From Yuukianura sp. NJ FZ-2021 (taxonomy: Eukaryota), in NCBI GenBank assembly GCA_046563655.1, contig CM102290.1, positions 1 through 64,000 of the forward strand: DNA of 64,000 nucleotides. Reading direction: 5' to 3'. Below the pieces are notes generated by a model. That model ran no database searches. It was not told the origin of the DNA and worked only from the letters and a program-made list of their open reading frames with translations. The position numbers and the translations under genes are program-made. Below, piece after piece: positions 38,622 to 49,800 of this stretch (position 1 is its first letter; each line of letters opens with the position of its first letter).

Positions 38622-39531
38622 CGATGCGATGTGGAAATATGCGGATGTGGCCATTAGACATCGCATACTTTTTTTCAACAGAATTTGGAACTGCCTCACC
38701 CTCACCTACTTCCTGAAGAAGAATGCAAGGAAGGTAAGGCACCAAAATGAACCAAATCCAAACACATTGTTTAATTGACTGCTCTTTTTCCATTGTTTTT
38801 AGATTACTGAGCATCAAGCAGTCAAGTCTGAGGAGATTCCATTGTCGCCTTTATCCAAACACAGGCTGTCAGCTGTTCGGAGGAAAGTACTTGCACTGGA
38901 TGTGGACGAAACACTTCATCCATTCTCATCACGTTGCAGTTCAAAAGTACTGTCTGGAACTGTCATCCCCATCTTTTAGTTTTAATTTTCATTCATAAGT
39001 GAGTTTTAATTGTCATCTCCATCAATCTCTACTTTGTTTAGGGAAAGCGTTAAGCCAGAGACACCTCCTGACTTTATACTCAAAGTGACGATTGAGGACA
39101 CCCAGTTCGGTTTTTCGTCCACAAACGACCACACGTCGACTACTTCCTGGATGTCGTAAGTTTTAATGCATAGACTAGACAACATGCATGATAACAAATG
39201 ACGAATTCCTTTGCGTAGGTTTCCAAATGGTTGGAGTTGGTCATGTTCACTACCTCAATGGACATCTACTGTGCAGGTATGTTTATTCAAAATCAAAGTC
39301 GGATTTAGAGTGGTATTTGTAAGTAGGATAAAGTTAATTAAGGTGTGAATTTGAAAACAGGAGTTGGGGATGAAGTGGACAAGGGGAGGAGGATGCTGGA
39401 GACGAGATACCACCAACAACACTGTACTCTTGACTTGTGTTTTTACACGAAGGATCTGTCCAACATTTCCCATGACCTCAGCTCCATATTTATTCTGGAC
39501 AACTCACCAGGAGCCTATGGCTCTTACCCGG
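38622..39531 (+). pseudogene. CTDNEP1: CTD nuclear envelope phosphatase 1 (Dullard) pseudogene
   Basis: [60 protein letters not shown]; at least two frameshifts, 3' end missing. Confidence 0.85.
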
Positions 39532-39723
39532 GTAACTTAACCTCAACAGCTGATTGAATCCAAATGATTTTTGAATTGGTTCTGTTTTTACAGGGTAGAG
39601 AATAGGGTACGAAGGGATGAACCAGAGGAGAAGAGGAGGTCAATTGCAACTAAACCAGCGTAAGTGAAGTGGCCATCATAAGATTAAGTTCAATTAGGAA
39701 TTGATTGTTTTCTTTTTGTAACT

Positions 39724-40575
39724 CTGCTCCTCCACCCACTTTTAAAAGTTCCAATGGAGCCAGTGGTGTAGAGTGGACCCAATTCTGCCTACAACTTTCG
39801 GATTTTGACCTAGATTGTGAAGCATCTGAGAACAAATTTCCAAGAAGGGGAGGACTCTCCGTTGTCAGTAGACGGAATCCTGGATGAAACCAATCAGCTG
39901 GATGTGAGGAACAAGTTAGAGCCGTAAGTTGACCATCAAGTCAATACTCTGCTATTCAAGTTTCTAAAACTTGTCATTCTTTTCCAGTGGCTTGTCCAGG
40001 AAGCCTTTCCGAATAATTCGAAGATCGAGCGTGAACTGAAGAGGACAAGTACATTTCCCAGCCGCAACTGCGATATCGGGAGAAGAAGTCACTGCTTAGA
40101 CTCCTCATACTGCACGACGTGAAGGGCCTCAGTGGAATTTTCAGTGAACATGTACTGGAATCTGTGCCTCATGCAGAACGAGTTCTAAAAGTGAGTCCAC
40201 TCTTACTAAAATGAAAATTGAAGTAGTCGTAATTCAAGTAAAAACCTAAGTAATTGAATTTCGTGTTTGGTTAGGCACTGGATTCTGAGATAATCACAAT
40301 CACAAGGCAGGACAAGAAGAAAGTGTTGTTTTTTTGAGACAAGACTGTTCGTCTGAAGATGGACGGAATTTCAGAAGTTATGTCGCAGTGTGGCAGTTGA
40401 TGGGATCGATGACATCAAAATGGAAGAGTACTTGGAGAAACAGGGAATTCGGTCCATGGAGGGTCAAGGGATGAAGAAATCAAATCCCAAACTTAGAAAA
40501 CCAGCCAAGAAGAAAGTCATGAGGAAGATCAAGGACAACGAACACATCGCAAGTGAACTCAAACACTATGAGTGA
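39724..40575 (+). pseudogene. GTF2E2: TFIIE beta subunit pseudogene (5'-truncated)
   Basis: ILT*IVKHL..PLSVDGILDETNQLD, WLVQEAFPNNSKI, KKSLLRLL..HDVKGL, QDKKKVLFF*, EEYLEKQGIRSM, DNEHI; stops and frameshifts. Confidence 0.85.
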
Positions 40576-40884
40576 TTCACAGTAATTAGTTACTCATCGC
40601 GCGATAAATAATTCGCAATTTAATCTTAATTACGCAACTAATTGCTTTTAGCATAATTACACAACCTTGCCATGATTTATAGCTGAGCTAGCATAAGGTA
40701 TAGTTTTACTTTTAAGGTAAATACTACCGTATTTCATATTTAGGTGAAGTAATGCTGTTGACTAATTGATTGTGGGTTATCCTAACCTTTATCCATTTAT
40801 GCCTTGGAATTAATAAGATAAAAGTACAATTTAGTTTCATAGGCTACCGAACAGTAGTAGTAATGTGGATTACATACGAATTTG

Positions 40885-42850
40885 TTAGTCACTAACTATT
40901 TCTACTGCAACGAGATCCTCTTCGCTCCCTCTTTTCGTCACTCCCTTCTTCTTTTTCTTGAGGTTTTTCCTTCCCTTGGATTTGGACTTCAAAGTGTCCA
41001 CAACCGCCACTTCGTCCTCCTTCCCCTTGAACTTTGAGAGGAGGTGGAGTTCCTCGAGTGGCATTCGAATGAGCAGTTCATTTTGAGTCATGAGGTCCAG
41101 CACTTCGTGCATGAGATGAGGAAAGTACAGGATTCCATCCAACACACGACGGGAGTGTGATTGTGTCGCTTGTGAGATGAAGACGAAGGTTGTGAAGGAG
41201 GACAGGGTGGTGGAGTAGTTGTTGTTGATGGGATGAGTTGACTAGAAGTGGAGGCCGTAGTACTGGACACATCACAATGTTTGGTGGGACTTGACTTTTT
41301 GGTTTTCGTCACTTGTGCATAGATTGGTGGGACGATGGGGTCCAGAGACGGAGGAAGGGATGGTGGCTGAGCTAGTTGTGCGGCTGATGTTAGGAATGCG
41401 GGTGAAATGGGTGGAGGGACTGGTGGCAGGGGAGAGTTTCCCTCTCGTCTCTCTACTTCTGAAATCACAAAAATTACAAGTATTATTTTGGTGTTTGAAG
41501 GACGAATGTTGTGTAGTTACCTTGCCAGTGCCTAGAGTCATCTCCAGGAATCCGCATGTAGTTCCCCTCTCCTTCTATGGCAGCATACATTTCCTCTGTA
41601 CAATGATGAAGTCAATGTCAAATGACAACTTTGTTGAGGGAGAGTAAATGGTTGTTACCCGAGTCGTCTGAGACAGTCACGTAGTGTGGGTCACCCTGTC
41701 TGGAGTTCTGTTGAGGTCCTCGTCCACTCAACTCCGTGTACCCGCGAGAATCTTGAGAATCACCCGAGAAGTTCACTTGGTTATCCTGCAAGTGAAAACA
41801 TTGGTTAGGAACAGTGTCCCATGCCTTTCCATAATGAAGTCCCTACATTTGTACTGTTTTGAGTCCCTTGAGCTCCCACCATTCGTCTCCACTGCCCACT
41901 TCCACTCCTCCGAGGGGGAATAGGGCGATCCTCTTCTTCCGCTGGAGGGAAGTCCAAGGAATTGTGCACAATGTGTTGGGCTGTAGGTGGAACACGACTA
42001 CTTCCGCTTGTGCTTGGCTCAGCATCCTTTCCTTCCGTTGCTCCATGAGTGTGTTCCTCTGTTTCTGTCCCTCTCCAAGACTTGAGAGTGGGCTTGACCG
42101 TGTATGACCTGGAATTAGAGTTAGAGTGAGTGATGTGTTCAAGTAGCCTTACTCAGTAGACCCTTACTTGGCAGTTGTTTTTCGAAGGCAGCACTCATTC
42201 AACACGAATTTCACAAGCACAATGACCCCAATCACGACCGGAAGGCGAAGTGTAATGAAGAGGGGCAACAAGCCTTTAACAGCTCCTCCCGAATCCTATG
42301 TCCACTGTTCCAAACAAACAAAGTTATTTAATTTTCCACAAATGAAAAGTACATTGTTGGAAATGTTGGCTTACTTGAGGATTGAGGAGTAGTTGTTGGT
42401 CCGAGAGAGAGGCGGGAGTTGTTCCAGTCTGTCTATCAGTCTGTCTGGGAGTGCTGGACCAGATATGCAAAGAGACTGTAGGCCACTGTCCACTCCACAA
42501 TCAAATTAGTCTTCTGCCCAAAGTACTCCAAGCAGTGTCCACCATCCCACTTCCCAAATTCCGGTCCCCACCAATCGTCACAGTCAAAGGAGAGAAGGAA
42601 AGTTTGGTTGGAGGTGGTCCAGACTCTGAGTGACGATGGATCCAATCATTCCATGCAACTTGGTTGCGTTTTCCTCCAGCAGTTCCTCCTGTCTCTTGGA
42701 AACTGAGTCTGGAAGTGGAGTTCCCACTTTGACTTTGTTTCCAGTGGGCATGATGGAGGGGGCAGAGGGAAGAGAGTACTCTGGCAACTGGAATCCCTCT
42801 GGAAGTTCCGTACTTTTAGGATTTGTGTGGTACAAGTCTGTTCCTTTCCT
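40885..42850 (-). pseudogene. Degraded intron-containing gene fragment: GPS-like motif, transmembrane helix, Pro/Ser-rich tail
   Basis: CDDWWGPEFGKWDGGHC..SLFAYLV, hydrophobic LLPLFITLRLPVVIGVIVLVKFVL, PLPPVPPP; stops and frame changes. Confidence 0.35.
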
Positions 42851-42859
42851 ACAGTATTT

Positions 42860-43270
42860 GACTTAAGTCCAGAAAGTGGAAGTGTGTGAGAGTGAGAGTC
42901 TTCCCACTTCCCTTGTCTCCGTAGATCTCCGTCACTTTGAGCTCAATTCCTCCTCCTACGATGTTGTCCAGAGCCTCACTGAACGTAATGATTGGAGTGA
43001 GACATGCTTCTGCGTCCAGCAGGTCCCCAAATGACTCCATTCTGAGTCCACCTCCTCTGTCCATTCCAGGCACTGCGATTCAAATCAAAGTGACTAATTC
43101 ATGTCAACCCTACCTCCCTTGACCATTGACCTTCACCTAACCAATTCCACATGCTAAATGACAAAAGGCGCTATTCAAATGAAATAAATGCCAAATGGTT
43201 CTCACCTTGTGTCTTTAGGCGATGAGTTGGTGAAGGCGATATTCCACCAACTCCACGATCGTCCTTCAAA
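42860..43270 (-). pseudogene. RAD51C: RAD51C/spn-D-like 5' fragment ending just after Walker A
   Basis: IITFSEALDNIVGGGIELKVTEIYGDKGSGKT. Confidence 0.7.
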
Positions 43271-43404
43271 CTCTCCACTCCAAACAATACCAGATGACCT
43301 CTTGATTAACCAACTAATTACTTACAGGAAACCAAAAATTAAATTACTTTATAAACACTTATTTATAGAGATTAAAACTGGTTCTTCTTGTGTCTTGCTT
43401 TTAA

Positions 43405-43524
43405 TTTCAAAATGATTTCCCGCACTTTTGTGTCCTAATTCTCGGAAAAAAGAGAAAGGGCAGATAGGAGTGTCTAATGCTGAGATAACCAAATCACCCG
43501 CTTCCTTTGTTTTCAGAGGATTAG
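43405..43524. promoter_or_regulatory. Divergent promoter (RAD51C-like / myotrophin): E2F-CHR site plus bipartite motif (copy 3)
   Basis: TTTCAAAATGATTTCCCGCAC 43405-43425; GTGTCTAATGCTGAGATAA 43470; TGTTTTCAGAGGATTAG 43508. Confidence 0.6.
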
Positions 43525-43684
43525 AGGATATGTCATGTAAAACAAGTATTTTTTATGATTGAGTTTATGGAACTTGAGTGGGAAACAAGTGAGAGAAAGG
43601 TGCCGTTTGTGAATAGTAAATATTTTGGTTGACCTCTGACCTCACTGTATCTTTCCATCGGATTGTGGAAGGAGGGAGAGTGGA

Positions 43685-44253
43685 ATGAGTGAGCTCGTGT
43701 GGGGCATCAAGAACGGAGACTTGGACGAAGTGAGGAAGGTGGTGGAGGGCAAGGTAAGGGTCACGACCTCAAACAGGAACAGTCTCAATTTGAGTCTTTG
43801 CAGGGCGTGGATCTGAACGAATCCATCGATGGGCGACCACCGCTGCTCTACGGTAACGTCAACTCAACTTGTGTTCTTTTCATTTCGTACATTGTATGAA
43901 CTGTTGCAGCAGCGGACTTTGGACACAAGGAAGTGGTGGCTTACCTCATCTCCAAAGGAGCCAACGTGAACGTGAGTACGAGTCCCCCTCCCTTGACCCA
44001 CTTTGACTCTGACCTTTGTTCCTAGGCCATTGACAAGCACGGGATCACTCCTCTCCTCGCAGCCATCTGGGAAGGGCATGTGGACTGTGTCAAGGCCCTA
44101 CTCGCAAACGTGAGTCAAACGTTTAAGCAACAACTATACCCAAACTAATCCTTTCCAATGTTTCAGGGAGCATCCAAAAGAGGAACAACGCCGGACGGAT
44201 CCACATACTTTGAAGCAGCACAGACTCAAGAAATGCGAACCCTCCTCCAATGA
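43685..44253 (+). CDS. MTPN: Myotrophin (ankyrin repeat), 5 exons, intact
   Basis: Spliced [73 protein letters not shown]. Confidence 0.95.
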
Positions 44254-44490
44254 CCTCACAAGGTCACACTCACCTCCGCCCTATTCCTACATCAACCTAA
44301 TTACTCTTCATAGTTGTAACAAATAGACTATTCACTCTACTCCTAGTCCTTTGTCATTACTTTTCTAACTTGTAAAGTCATTTCACCACAAAGTAGGAAC
44401 AAGTGTGCACTTTTATTTGGAAAGTGAGAATGATTAGTTGGTCCTGGCTCTGGGCCAGCTCTGTCGTGTCACGCTGCCTTCTTGTCCATT

Positions 44491-45044
44491 CTAGGGCTTG
44501 TGAGCTGGTGCAGGGGCTGCGGGTGGGGCTGGTGGAGCTCCGTCCGGTCGAATGTCTGGATACTCCAGCGTCACTCCGGCTTCACACTGGACACAAAGAG
44601 ACATGAGTGAAATGAAAGTGAAGTTGAAGTGGGGACTTACCTCGAAGAGGGGGCAACAGGAGGGGAAGTCTGCCGTTTTGTTCGTTTTGTCTGACAGTTT
44701 GCACTTGGGGTTTGGCTTCGGAAGGGGGCCACAATCCTCGACCAGTTCCCACAAACGACCTTGTTGGGCGATGCACGTGGACTTGCCACAGAATGGCTTC
44801 AGTTCCCAAGTGGCTCCTGGCTCGAACGTGGCGCATCGCGTGGAGGCGAAGCAGGTTCCAGGGAAATCTAAGAACAGAACCCACTCCAGTCACTGCCCAA
44901 CTAATCCTCCTTGTCCCACTTACCTCTGAGCACATCGGCCGGAATAAGGCGTTGGTACACATTGGACTTGTCCTCCTTGTCTTTGGCCTCTTGCGACCAC
45001 GTCACCACCACCAATGTCGCCATCAAACACACAACCACCTTCAT
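44491..45044 (-). CDS. Secreted single von Willebrand factor type C (SVWC) domain protein, 3 exons
   Basis: Signal peptide MKVVVCLMATLVVVTWS; RLIPADVLRDFPGTCFASTRC..WELKPFCGKSTC..EDCGPLP..FPSCCPLFEC; TATAAAA at 45113-45119. Confidence 0.85.
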
Positions 45045-45581
45045 GTTGACTACAATGAAACTGTGGACGGGTCCTAGGGAAAAGTGAGTGGTGGACTGAG
45101 GCCCCTTGGTCCTTTTATACTCTCTCTTCAACTTCCCACCTAGACCCACCCCCACCACAATCAAAAGGTGCTCCACGGCCCAGCACCACGGTTTCTCCAC
45201 CACTCTCTCCGCCCCCCACCCCATCCAGCCCCACTCCCTCTCCTTCCTCCGGACATCCTTCCCTCACTCATGTCCAACTTAATTGAGCAACAGGATTTGG
45301 AAACACTCCCATGGACACTCGGAATGAAGATCAACTTGACATGGTTGGAAATTGGGCAAGAGGGGACACTGTTGCGCAGTCCAGTGGAGTGCCCCACTTT
45401 CACTCCATGCTCCCTTTCCCACCAATCACTCATCCACTCCCCTTCCGAGTGAAAGTGAAAGGGAAGAGACATCGTCACAGGTCACAACCTCCGTCCCACC
45501 CTCACTTGGGCCATTCACTCGTTTCTCCTCGGCAATTCCTCAAACCTCGTCACTCAGCTTTCTCTTATCTTTTATTCCTAC

Positions 45582-46766
45582 TTATTTTAAGCCTTGACCT
45601 CCTCCGTCCTTTGACTCCTCCGTCCCTTGGTCCTTTGACTCCTCCGTCCCTTGGTCCTTTGACTTCTCCGCTCCTTCGTCCTTCCGTTCAAAGGGGTCCT
45701 CGTCCTTAAGAGCATGCATGATGCGGAACGTGAGGTTGAGTCTCTCTCCCTTCGTCCCTGGCTCCTTTGGCACCTTAACAAATCCACATGAGTTAGTGGG
45801 ACGGAACAGGAAAGTGGGTCAGAGAGCGGAAAGGCCTTTCCTGTCCCACAATCCTCACTCTCCAAGTGGATGGAACAACAAACACTTAGGAACTGACCAT
45901 TCAAAACATCATTCCAACTCAGGTTGAGATCAAGTGGAAAATGAAAGGGGGGATTACTTCCTAATCAATTAGTTGTTGATTACCTGGTGGAGCCAGTCAG
46001 TTTGTGTGGCTCCTTCCATGATGAGGAGACTTCCGGGGAAGAGGGGGAATCGAATGAAGTTGGTGGAGTGGAGTCCTTTCCGCTTCATCTCAAAAGTACG
46101 CAGAGCCCCTAAACCAACAACCACTCTTAGCACTTTGTTCCTTTCCAAGGAGTGACCTTGACTTACCGAGTGAGACTGATGCGATGGGAGGGTTGGAGCC
46201 AAGGGCAGGGTGGATGTCTGCGTGCCAAGCGTTAGAGTCATGCCCTGTGCGGTACAAGTTGAGAGAGCAGGAGTTGAATTCATAGTTGACCAATTGAACC
46301 AACCTAAGTGGAAGGAACAGAGGTCAAACATTTATCAAGTACTTTCTCACTTCCAACTGACCGGTGGAGGAGATCCAGAATCTCGGGAGTCCAGTCTTCG
46401 CATTTGTTCATCACGAGGCCTGTGTGAGCGTACTCGCATGGACCAAGCCAAGAGATGAGGCGGGGAACGTGGCGCCAAGTGCCAAAGGACGTGAGGATCT
46501 GCTTCTGGTGCCACTTGACTGACTTGCGCAGACTCTTGAACATTTTCTGGAAAGAGATTAGAGTTAGGATAAGAAAGAGTGAGAGTGAAGAGGAGTGTTA
46601 CCATGTTGCCATCTTCGGAGAGGAAGTGGGGCCAGTAGCGGAGGACGGAGAATCCATTTGGAGTTTCACTGAGACACAGTTCTCCTCCCTCCTGCACAAA
46701 CCAGTCAGGGACATTGACACAGGGGGCAGAGTTTGGTGTGATGAGGTCAGACAGGAGAACAGGCGC
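45582..46766 (-). CDS. ALKBH3: ALKBH3-like 2OG-Fe(II) dioxygenase domain (C-terminal module of the PRPF39 fusion)
   Basis: VPRLISWLG, FNSCSLNLYRTGHDSNAWHAD, IASVSLGALRTF, GSLLIMEGATQTDWLHQVPKE, RLNLTFR; all introns GT-AG and phase-compatible. Confidence 0.9.
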
Positions 46767-46839
46767 CTAAAACACATCAAACCACAATTTCATTCGTTCA
46801 ATGTCAAAGGTTAATTTTGTGCGTTGTTGCCAGACTCAC

Positions 46840-49800
46840 CTCGAGACGCAGTTTTTTGGCGAGTGGAAGTCCGTCTGGATCCAGTGAGTTTGCGTAGAAG
46901 GACCCTCTGGGTGGGATGATGTAGAGAGGATTGTTGCGTTTCCGTTGTTTGAGAAGTTCCAAGTCCTCTGGCGTGTCCTTGACAGTTTGTGGGTAGCCCT
47001 TGGCCTCGATGGCTTCGTAGTCCTTGTGTGCGAGGTTGTCTGCCAAGCGAACATCGGGATGGTTCCCACCATAGCCGTAGTTGGGGTGGAGGAACTCGTG
47101 AACTGGAGGGACAGCACCATAAGGAACACTCGGCCCCACGTCAGTCTCACCCACACCCACCACAGACTCAGTGGGAGGGGATTCTTCGTCCAGCGACTCA
47201 AAGAGGATTCTGGATCCTGTCTCAGGAAGTCGAGGAGTGGTGGGAACTGGAAAGGGCTCCAGACTCTTGTCACTCACTTCCCTCCGCTCTCCTCCCACTC
47301 CACTCTCAAAGTCACTCCACCTCTTCGTCTCCTCCTCCTCTTGACGCACAGTTCCCTCCAACTCATACATGTCGTCCACAGCATCTCGATACCTAAAACA
47401 CACAACAATTAAACTCTCAACTGGACATGAACCTCTAACTCACTTGTCCAGTTGACCGTGTTCCTGGAGGAAGTGGACTCTCTTCCTCAAAAAGACCAAT
47501 TTGTGCTTCCTGCTCAGTTTGTCTGCTCTAGCTGCCAACTCCAGAGCGGCATATGCTCCCTTCCTGTCTTGAGGAAATCGGTGGTAACACATCTCATACA
47601 CTTGGGCGTACAGGCGGTGGTTCCCACTGTCCTTCTTAAGGGCTCTCCGCAGAACCTGAAGTCCCTTCTCCGCCAGTCCCATCTCCTGAAACACACAATT
47701 TACACTTCTCACTTCACTCTTCCACAAATTTCAAGGTTGACACAGTTTTTTTGAGTTGAGACAGTTTTTTTTTGAGTTGAGTGAAATAAAAACGTGAATT
47801 ACTGAATGGAGAGTGGCGTACCTTGAAGAGGAAGCGAGCGTATTTCATGGAAACAAGAGAGAAGGCGTCCTTGGATGTGGAAGTAGACAGAAGTTGTTCG
47901 TAGAGCTCCACCACTCGCTCCACCTTCCCTCTCCGCCGTTCCAGATCCACCATTTGGAGTTTGGCCTCCAGGAAAGACGGATGCCACTCCAGCACATGAT
48001 TCAGCAACTCACAAGCTCCATCTACATTCCCTGCATCAAACACAACAATAATTGTTATTATGACTTTTATTATTAAGTAATTATTACTTTTGTCATCTCA
48101 AGTCCACCAATGAAATACTTACCAATGTCCTCCTCGAATCCCGCCCACTGCACACGAATCATGGGTTTGAGTGGGCAGTGGAGGGAGGCTCTTGTGTACA
48201 CGTCTCTCACGACTCGATGCCACCGCAATCGAGGCACACCGAAGGCAGGCACTCGCATCAACCCTACAAAACTTCCATCTGACCCACCCAACCCACCCAA
48301 TTCTTTGTCTGACTTGGCTTTTCCATTGTGCCCCTCCACGTGTCCACTCACTCCGTCCACTTCCCACTCCACTCCTCTCAACAGACTCTCAACCACTCCG
48401 CGGAGGATAGTCTCCTCCTCCTCCTCCGCCTCCTCCACTAAAGTCACCATCCGATTCACTGTCCACTCCACTCCACTCACAATCTCCTCCTCCTCCGCCG
48501 TCTCAGCACACCCAATCCCCACTCCCACTTCACTCCCCTGCACATGCGCACTCCCCTCCACCTCCGGATGACTCCGATGAAACTTCTCCAAGTAACGCCC
48601 GTACTTGACCCAGAATCGCTCATAGTTCGCACAGGCTACGAGACAACGCTCAAAGAGAAGGACGATTCGGTCGTGGTTTCCCTCCGACATCTCAAAGTTG
48701 AGGTACTGTTCCCAGTTCCAGAGCTGTGCTTTGTCCAGTGGCTTCACATGGAAGTACGGTCGTTTGATCTGGAAGGAACAACATTCAAAGTACTTTGTAA
48801 GTCAAATAGAGTCAAGTGAACTGACCTTGTCCTCAAAGTCCCACCGTTTGTCTGCCTCCTGTGCAGTTGCAGAGTGGACTTTCCTCAGTTTGTCCAGCAC
48901 TCTCTCCTTCACAAAGTCCATCAACTTGTCTTCTGGCTTCTTTGTCTTTCTAATCTCCCCTGGCTCAATGTCTGGCTCTGCTTTGTAACGCAAACCCAAC
49001 ACTCTGCATCCCTTCTTCCGCAGACTCTCGTAGTCTTCATGACACAAAATGTCACGCGGATGGTAGTCACGAATGAGCACTCCGCAACTGGAAACACAAA
49101 CAACGTTAAATCCACTCTGAGGAAACACTAAAGTTAAAGTGTCTTACTTGTCCCAGTGTCGGTTGTAGAGGCGGGTGGGAACTTGGAGGAGTTGCTTGTA
49201 CAGCACAAACACGTTCCTTGTCTTGCCCAAACTCATTTCCCACTGGATGAACGATTCCCAAAGAGTGTCTGATCGGAACCCCATCCCACACCTCCGTAGT
49301 CCCAACTCATACTGCCTAACAAAACAAATTAAATGAGTGACCAATCAATGGAACATTGTGGTTTTTGACTTTGTTCAAAGTGTTGTCTTACTGCCTCATC
49401 AGCATTTCAAAGTCCTTGTGATGAGTGTGAATCTCTGCGAAGAGATGGAGGTGGGACATCCACAGATCAACTGACAATGGATTAAACTCCAGTCCTCTCT
49501 CCAGGATCCTCAGAGCCCTGTGTCCAAAACTAACATGTCAACTACTCAACAACTTTCAACCATTATGGCCACACCTGTCAAAACAAACTTCTCAAAATCT
49601 TTATTTTAACATCTTCAAAATTCCTCAACGAAGTTCTGAAAAAGTTCTCAAAAGTGGCAAAAAAGCAATTCGAAAATCATAAAAACAACTAAATAACAAT
49701 AAAAGATTTGTTTGTGTTATTGGAAAAATAGTTAAGGTAACCTTAAATTTCGTCCCTAAACGCCAGTGTTGCTGGATGGATAAAATATTTCTTCCACCTA

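Noticed and set aside
45596..45665. 27-bp tandem repeat at the end of the ALKBH3-like exon
   Set aside because: Simple in-frame coding repeat (SKDQGTEE-containing 9-aa unit) in a disordered tail
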